In this document: positions 59,420-64,000 of the stretch, in pieces
Layout: each line of letters begins with the position of its first letter
Numbering within the stretch: the first letter of the stretch is position 1
Source: an uncultured virus (IMG/VR IMGVR_UViG_3300025168_000059)
Lineage: Duplodnaviria; Heunggongvirae; Uroviricota; Caudoviricetes
IMG/VR virus record: IMGVR_UViG_3300025168_000059
Length of the DNA: 64,000 nucleotides
Strand: one strand, 5' to 3'
The notes under the pieces: model-generated
The model's database searches: none
What the model saw: the letters and a program-made list of their open reading frames with translations, nothing else
Told to the model about the DNA's origin: nothing
Translations under genes and position numbers: made by a program

Positions 59420-59906
59420 TTTTTACTTTATCTAATGGTACTGTTCTAACATTTACTTGACCTAGTGTAGGTTCAATAGGAGGACTTGTAAATATTTGAA
59501 CTCCATCTTCAGTATAATAAAAATTAGATTTATTATCTATTTGGGGTGGAGTTTCAATTTCTTTTTCTTTTTTTTCTTTTTCAGCTCTATCTACCTCTTC
59601 TTGTTCTTTTTTTGATAGTTCTTGCTTTTCCCATTTCTCTTTAGGGCAATCTGCTGTTTTCCATTTTGCTTTATGCTCTAGCAAACACCCGCAAGAACCA
59701 CACCTCATACTTTTTTCAATTAAAAATTCACATGACTTGCAGGTATCTAATCTTTTTTCATACTCTTCAGGAGTTACATTAGGGGCACCTTCTTTTACAT
59801 ATTTAGCTAAATCTTTTGTAAAACTTTTAGCCATCTGAAAAAAAGATGGGGGTTTTACATAGTTATCATTTTTAGAATTATCGTTCTTCTGTGTAGGTTT
59901 TTCCAT
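59376..59906 (-). CDS. Zn-binding protein (RxxxCxxC...CxxCGC...CPxxKW)
   Basis: RLDTCKSC, RCGSCGC, DCPKEKW. Confidence 0.65.
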   Translation of the reverse strand: MEKPTQKNDNSKNDNYVKPPSFFQMAKSFTKDLAKYVKEGAPNVTPEEYEKRLDTCKSCEFLIEKSMRCGSCGCLLEHKAKWKTADCPKEKWEKQELSKKEQEEVDRAEKEKKEKEIETPPQIDNKSNFYYTEDGVQIFTSPPIEPTLGQVNVRTVPLDKVKNVKRQKNNNTDSSN

Positions 59907-60018
59907 ATGTACTTATTTTCAATGTTATTAAATCTCCTTGTGGGTTTTGAAGTATAATTATCTCATAATCTCCTACTTCAAAGTATGTTGGTACGAATAT
60001 ATCAAGTATTCTTTCCAT
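59878..60018 (-). CDS. Small hypothetical protein (46 aa)
   Basis: Not in the ORF track. MERILDIFVPTYFEVGDYEIIILQNPQGDLITLKISTYGKTYTEER. TAATG overlap with the upstream stop. Confidence 0.55.
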   Translation of the reverse strand: MERILDIFVPTYFEVGDYEIIILQNPQGDLITLKISTYGKTYTEER

Positions 60019-60350
60019 TATTTTCTATTTATAGTTACTTCTACTTTATTTGTATTAGGATTTAAAAAAGGATTAAGTTTATAAGCATTTTCTTTTTTTA
60101 ACATTGCACCTTTATCTTTAAATCTTTTAATATAATTATTTAACGTATTATGATCTTCAATTTCTACTAATTTAGCAACTTTTTTCTTATTATTTATTGA
60201 ACAAAGATTTACACTCTCTTTATTATTGTATACATCTATAAATGCAGATAAAATTTGCAATTCTTTATTAGTTAAATTAAATATACCGTTCCATATTTGT
60301 AAATACTTATAAGTACTATTTATGCTAACTGTTATTTTTTTTGTTTTCAT
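60018..60350 (-). CDS. Winged-helix (RepL/MarR-like) DNA-binding protein
   Basis: LTNKELQIL...LNNYIKRFKDKG...YKLNP. Confidence 0.6.
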   Translation of the reverse strand: MKTKKITVSINSTYKYLQIWNGIFNLTNKELQILSAFIDVYNNKESVNLCSINNKKKVAKLVEIEDHNTLNNYIKRFKDKGAMLKKENAYKLNPFLNPNTNKVEVTINRK

Positions 60351-60628
60351 TTTTTACCTAATTTTTTATTTATTTCATACTGGTCTTTTTCTCTATACCC
60401 TTCAGAATTGTTTGTCCCGTAATATTCGTCAGACGAAACTTCTCTAACTCGCTTTGCTTCTGGTTTTACCCCAACTGTAGGAAATCCTTTAAATGATTTA
60501 TCTGCTTCTTCCATATATTCCCCACATTCACATAAAGCTTCTTTAGTAACTACCTTTCCCTCTACAACTCCAATAGTCATTTTACTAATATCTCTAGTTT
60601 CGTTACATTTATAGCAGATATACTCCAT
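60347..60628 (-). CDS. Zn-ribbon protein (paralog of 60633-60824)
   Basis: CYKC...GKVVTKEALCECGEYMEE...FKGFP. Confidence 0.6.
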   Translation of the reverse strand: MEYICYKCNETRDISKMTIGVVEGKVVTKEALCECGEYMEEADKSFKGFPTVGVKPEAKRVREVSSDEYYGTNNSEGYREKDQYEINKKLGKK

Positions 60629-60632
60629 TAAA

Positions 60633-60824
60633 CTATTTTTTCTTTAAAGTTGGTTCAGTTCTTATAAGACTAGGAAAACCATCAAACTTTTTTTCTACTT
60701 CTTGCATATACTTACCACATCCACAAATTGCTTCTGCAGTTATAACCTTGCCATCTATTACTTTTAGTGTAGCTTTTTGCAATTCTTTAGTTTCTTCCCC
60801 ACACTTACATATAAACTTAATCAT
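60633..60824 (-). CDS. Zn-ribbon protein (paralog of 60347-60628)
   Basis: CKC...GKVITAEAICGCGKYMQE...FDGFP. Confidence 0.6.
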   Translation of the reverse strand: MIKFICKCGEETKELQKATLKVIDGKVITAEAICGCGKYMQEVEKKFDGFPSLIRTEPTLKKK

Positions 60825-60963
60825 TTTTTACACGTATTTCTAATTCATAGTGTAATCTTGTTAATGCTTCTCTTATTAACATTATATCGTTAGCTGAATC
60901 TTTATTTTTTATTTTATTTAAGCAATTAATTGCTTGTTTTAAATGTTCACTTTGTGTTATCAT
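60817..60963 (-). CDS. Small hypothetical helical protein (48 aa)
   Basis: Not in the ORF track. MITQSEHLKQAINCLNKIKNKDSANDIMLIREALTRLHYELEIRVKND. Fills the gap between neighbours. Confidence 0.5.
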   Translation of the reverse strand: MITQSEHLKQAINCLNKIKNKDSANDIMLIREALTRLHYELEIRVKND

Positions 60964-60965
60964 GT

Positions 60966-61205
60966 TTATATTTTTAATTCTATTTTAGCTATACCCCCAT
61001 TAATATTAATTTCAGATGTTTTAGATTGCCTGTTAAATTCTGACACATACTTATCAATATCTTCTCTTGTACACAGAAAAGATAAAAATACTTGCAGTTC
61101 TTTAACAGCTAACTCTAAGTCTTTCCTTGTATCTACAGATTTAGAGTTTGCCTCTAAAAATTTATGGTAATCTTCAGTAGATATAGTGACAGTGCCTTTT
61201 ACCAC
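60966..61205 (-). CDS. Hypothetical protein
   Basis: 79 aa. TVTISTEDY start. Overlaps the groES stop. Confidence 0.55.
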   Translation of the reverse strand: MVKGTVTISTEDYHKFLEANSKSVDTRKDLELAVKELQVFLSFLCTREDIDKYVSEFNRQSKTSEININGGIAKIELKI

Positions 61206-61468
61206 TTACCTAATAACTGATGTTCTCCAACTAACAGTAAATCTTTTTCGTCTATTCTAGCTTTTATAGCTTCTGTTCTGGGATCTATCATAACAGTATT
61301 CCCTTTTTTAGCAAAAGTGCACATAGGTCCTACTGCTAATACCTCTAATATGTTAGATCTCTTAGCATTTGATTCTGCTGTATCATCTCCTACAAAGATA
61401 CCTGACTCTGTTTGTGTAATTGTTGGGTCTGGAAGGACGACCCATGATCCATTTGGTGTAAATTTCAT
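61199..61468 (-). CDS. groES: GroES-like co-chaperonin
   Basis: FTPNGSWVVL, TESGIFV mobile loop, VLAVGP, KKGNTV, LLVGEHQLLG. Confidence 0.8.
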   Translation of the reverse strand: MKFTPNGSWVVLPDPTITQTESGIFVGDDTAESNAKRSNILEVLAVGPMCTFAKKGNTVMIDPRTEAIKARIDEKDLLLVGEHQLLGKW

Positions 61469-61486
61469 AATCTATATATTTTTAGG

Positions 61487-61519
61487 CAAAGATATAAATT
61501 ATTTTTTTATAAATCCAAA
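61487..61519 (-). promoter_or_regulatory. Bacteroidota primary-sigma promoter for the late operon
   Basis: Minus strand TTTG (61516-61519), 21-nt spacer, TATCTTTG (61487-61494). Matches TTTG-N19-21-TAnnTTTG. Confidence 0.75.
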
Positions 61520-61544
61520 TGTTTTTTAAGAAAAGTTTTTTTAC

Positions 61545-61803
61545 TAGAGGTAACTAGACGCAGTTATCCCCCTTGAGGTTTGATTTCAAACTTGGATTTC
61601 ACTTTAGCAGTGCTTCTCTTTTAAGAGACCAAAGGATAGTAATATTGATGTTAATTCACCGCACTTACCTATGTGCAATCTATCCTAACTAAAGTTTATA
61701 CACTCGTTCTTTTGCAACTACCGGAGAAAACTCTAATCCTATTTGGATCTACAATCCGATGTCTTTTCCCTTGTATGGTTACCGAGGGATGATATTGTTG
61801 CGG
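61545..61803 (-). ncRNA. Candidate structured non-coding RNA (~260 nt)
   Basis: No ORF, GC higher than flanks, many nested helices, and an upstream promoter. See findings. Confidence 0.55.
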
Positions 61804-61805
61804 TG

Positions 61806-61835
61806 CAAAAGTAATAAAAATATATTACAATGCAA
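61806..61835 (-). promoter_or_regulatory. Bacteroidota promoter upstream of the ncRNA candidate
   Basis: Minus strand TTG (61833-61835), 19-nt spacer, TACTTTTG (61806-61813). Confidence 0.65.
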
Positions 61836-62099
61836 GTAAAAATACAAAAATCATAAGTAATAAATATATTACAGGGGTTAAATCTCTTGTTTTCATACTA
61901 CAAATATATTGTTACTTTTTTAGACCTATGTTAAGGTAATGTTAAATTTTAGAATAAAAAAAATTTTTTTTGGAGGGTTAATGAACGTGTGAACCAGCAC
62001 AATCATCGACCCCCACTATATTACGGAGTTCAAAGTACCCGTGCTTTAATCTCCAATTCAGAACTATTTTCTGAATTAATTCAAAAACATAAATGCCTT

Positions 62100-62357
62100 A
62101 TGTCAGCAGAACTAACACAAATCAGCATGCAAGAGTATGCTCAATCTATTAACGCAGTCAGCGGAGAAATCATAGCAGGTCCTAACGGAGACTTCATCTC
62201 ATTTAAACATGCTGATGATACCAAATCTACTTTACCAATAGGTAATAGGAGTCAAGGTATGAACAAGCCATCTCAACTTGATGTATTGATGCTACCTGAC
62301 GGTGGTAAAGTAGCTACTGTTAATCAATATGTAGGACAAGGTGTGGAAAGCTTCTAG
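62100..62357 (+). CDS. First plus-strand (early) hypothetical protein
   Basis: ATG at 62100 after an A-rich leader (MSAELTQISMQEYA...). Preferred over the GTG at 61989. Confidence 0.6.
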   Translation: MSAELTQISMQEYAQSINAVSGEIIAGPNGDFISFKHADDTKSTLPIGNRSQGMNKPSQLDVLMLPDGGKVATVNQYVGQGVESF

Positions 62358-62611
62358 TAGTTAAGGGAGTTTCTCCCTTACTCTCCATCTAATTAAATGA
62401 TTACGGTGTGTGAGTGTGGCAATCAGGTCACATTCACCACTTTTCCCCACAATTTAGCAATCAATCTAATTACTAATATAAGATAATATAACACAAAGGA
62501 TAGAATGTTAGGGGTTGTGCTAATCTATTATTGTCGTAATACTTGTTGCTTAACATTCATAAAAGGTAAGGGCTTAGCACAGCTCTTACTTTATTTAACT
62601 TAAACATAACT

Positions 62612-62748
62612 TAATAACAGGTTTAACAATAAGCCTAGTGGTTAGTGATAACCTTCTAGAACTAGTGTCGAACAGTAGAGATGCCTCTAAGAGGATGTGA
62701 CATCTAGAGCATTAAGCTTGAAACAAAAACCCTGCTGACCTGTTATTA
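62612..62748 (+). ncRNA. Candidate structured RNA element
   Basis: 11-bp closing stem TAATAACAGGT/ACCTGTTATTA enclosing several hairpins. Confidence 0.4.
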
Positions 62749-62852
62749 TTAACATAAACTATTATAAGGTAGGCTAATGGACCAAAAGCTTTAGTATAAG
62801 TGTACATAATACTACTAACAACTCCTAACTTATAATAGTTTTTAACCTAAAC

Positions 62853-63114
62853 ATTAACTAAACACAAATAAAGAGATGACACAAAATGAATTAATAAGAT
62901 TAAAAACAATAAGAGACTTTTTAGATACACCTTTTCAAGGAGATATGGCATCACAAATGTTTGATGATGCAATGAACTGGCAAATGACAGGAGAATGTGA
63001 ATGTCAACAAAGATGTGACTGTGAGTATCATTATGGTGAAGTAACAGGTGAAAATCCTAATCAAAAAGAAATAGATATAATAGATAAAATATTAACTAAA
63101 CATAAATAAAGAGA
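62853..63114 (+). repeat. 24-nt direct repeat ATTAACTAAACAYAAATAAAGAGA (62853-62876 and 63091-63114)
   Basis: Two copies with one mismatch, each directly before an ATG. Confidence 0.8.
62876..63109 (+). CDS. Small early protein with CxCxxxCxC motif
   Basis: 77 aa. CECQQRCDC. Confidence 0.55.
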   Translation: MTQNELIRLKTIRDFLDTPFQGDMASQMFDDAMNWQMTGECECQQRCDCEYHYGEVTGENPNQKEIDIIDKILTKHK

Positions 63115-63115
63115 C

Positions 63116-63319
63116 ATGAGATTAAAATTTAGAAAGTTTGTACTTTATCCTATAATGGATAAACTATTTAACTATAAAACAAAACCTAGTAATATAAAGC
63201 CAATGCAAATAGAATGCGCTGCACATCCAGCAACTAGTAAGAAATTACAAAGCTTAGATGTACGAAATATAACTTATGATGATTGGCTAAAATATATTAA
63301 ATATGAATTCACAAGATAA
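63116..63319 (+). CDS. Small early hypothetical protein
   Basis: 67 aa, preceded by the repeat leader. Confidence 0.5.
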   Translation: MRLKFRKFVLYPIMDKLFNYKTKPSNIKPMQIECAAHPATSKKLQSLDVRNITYDDWLKYIKYEFTR

Positions 63320-63465
63320 ATATAAACAATCAATGCAACAGTTAACCTATGCTTATGTAGGTATAATTGTTGTGTTGGTCTACACAATGATAACACAGTA
63401 AACACAAGGTTGATGATATACCTTTTTTAAATCATCACAATAATCCATTAAAAATCAATTAAACA

Positions 63466-64000
63466 ATGGCAAATCAATTAAATGAAGGTGGTAAAGAAAG
63501 AGCACAAGCGCTTATTTCTTCACTAAAAGTAGGTCAAACACTACTAACAAAAGTAATCAGAACCAGTAATCCTAATCTAGTAAGAGCAGAATTAGTGGAG
63601 AGAATTACAAAAAAGAGTAACAACAGTAAATCAACTGATGAAGGAATTATCAGTATGTATGAAATGTCAATGGGTGCTTCAAGCTCATTACAGTATTTCT
63701 GGTCACCTGTTGACTTAGATCACGTAGAAGCGTGGTTAAATATCGATGAATTAGACTTAAGAGGAGTAGAATTTACTACTGAGTATGATTCAAAAGGAGT
63801 AGCAAGAGAAGTTTATTACTTAAATGTACCTCAACCAACAGCTTATGTTAATCCTACAACAGGAGAAGCAGTAGAATACAGAATTAGAGGTAGAATTATA
63901 GAAACTGTTGAAGGTAAAGAGTGGGACATGGATAATGGTAAGTATAAAATCAATCCTTCTACTAAAGAGGCAGTATTACATAATGGACAGTATATTTACT
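63466..64000 (+). CDS. Early hypothetical protein (runs off the window)
   Basis: Not in the ORF track. ATG at 63466 (MANQLNEGGKERAQALISSLKVGQ...), open to 64000. Confidence 0.7.
   Translation, partial: MANQLNEGGKERAQALISSLKVGQTLLTKVIRTSNPNLVRAELVERITKKSNNSKSTDEGIISMYEMSMGASSSLQYFWSPVDLDHVEAWLNIDELDLRGVEFTTEYDSKGVAREVYYLNVPQPTAYVNPTTGEAVEYRIRGRIIETVEGKEWDMDNGKYKINPSTKEAVLHNGQYIY

Noticed and set aside
1921..61529. Plus-strand ORFs in the track lying opposite long minus-strand genes (e.g. 1921, 2389, 8112, 10887, 49384, 56947, 61317)
   Set aside because: Antisense shadows of AT-rich genes. They have Ser/Leu/Phe-biased composition, non-ATG starts and no motifs.
61989..62099. N-terminal extension of the 122-aa ORF from GTG 61989
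   Set aside because: It overlaps the putative regulatory block. The ATG at 62100 has the typical A-rich Bacteroidota leader.
62715..62740. Hammerhead-like GAAA and CTGCTGA words
   Set aside because: The core is not CUGANGA and the two words are too close to form the required stems.
61530..62870. tRNA or tmRNA genes in the intergenic region
   Set aside because: No cloverleaf with a GTTCRA T-loop and matching acceptor stem could be built.
1..64000. Stop-codon reassignment (TAG or TGA), known in some Crassvirales
   Set aside because: Terminase, portal, MCP and vRNAP are full length under code 11, and TAG and TGA end genes at tight junctions (e.g. 31386, 35706, 36369).

Overview
This window is part of a crAss-like phage genome (Crassvirales). 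The host is most likely Bacteroidota, probably an aquatic Flavobacteriia, and translation uses the standard code 11. From about 61.5 kb down to position 1, the minus strand carries the whole late/morphogenesis region in this order: GroES, HU-like and Zn-finger genes, terminase, a SET-domain gene, portal, scaffold, major capsid protein, tail ring and fibre genes, a block of exported/outer-membrane genes, endolysin and holins, the muzzle (tail stabilisation) gene, cargo/ejection proteins and three giant virion proteins. One of these is the single-chain DxDxD (DFDID) virion RNA polymerase and another is a HExxH zincin protein cut by the window edge. At about 61.97 kb the coding strand flips to a plus-strand, probably early, region rich in hairpins. 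The most notable unexplained signals are: (1) a phage-encoded cell-envelope cassette (a T9SS-type MAM/Cys-repeat protein, a beta-barrel, a thioredoxin-fold protein and a 29-aa CDGSH peptide); (2) a recurring [Y/M/F]-[Q/K]-x-G-G motif that brackets domains in four probable virion-internal proteins; (3) a ~260-nt highly structured non-coding RNA candidate with its own host-type promoter; (4) shared N-terminal motifs and terminal cysteines in the giant ejected proteins. All calls come from motif reading and gene order only; no database searches were run.
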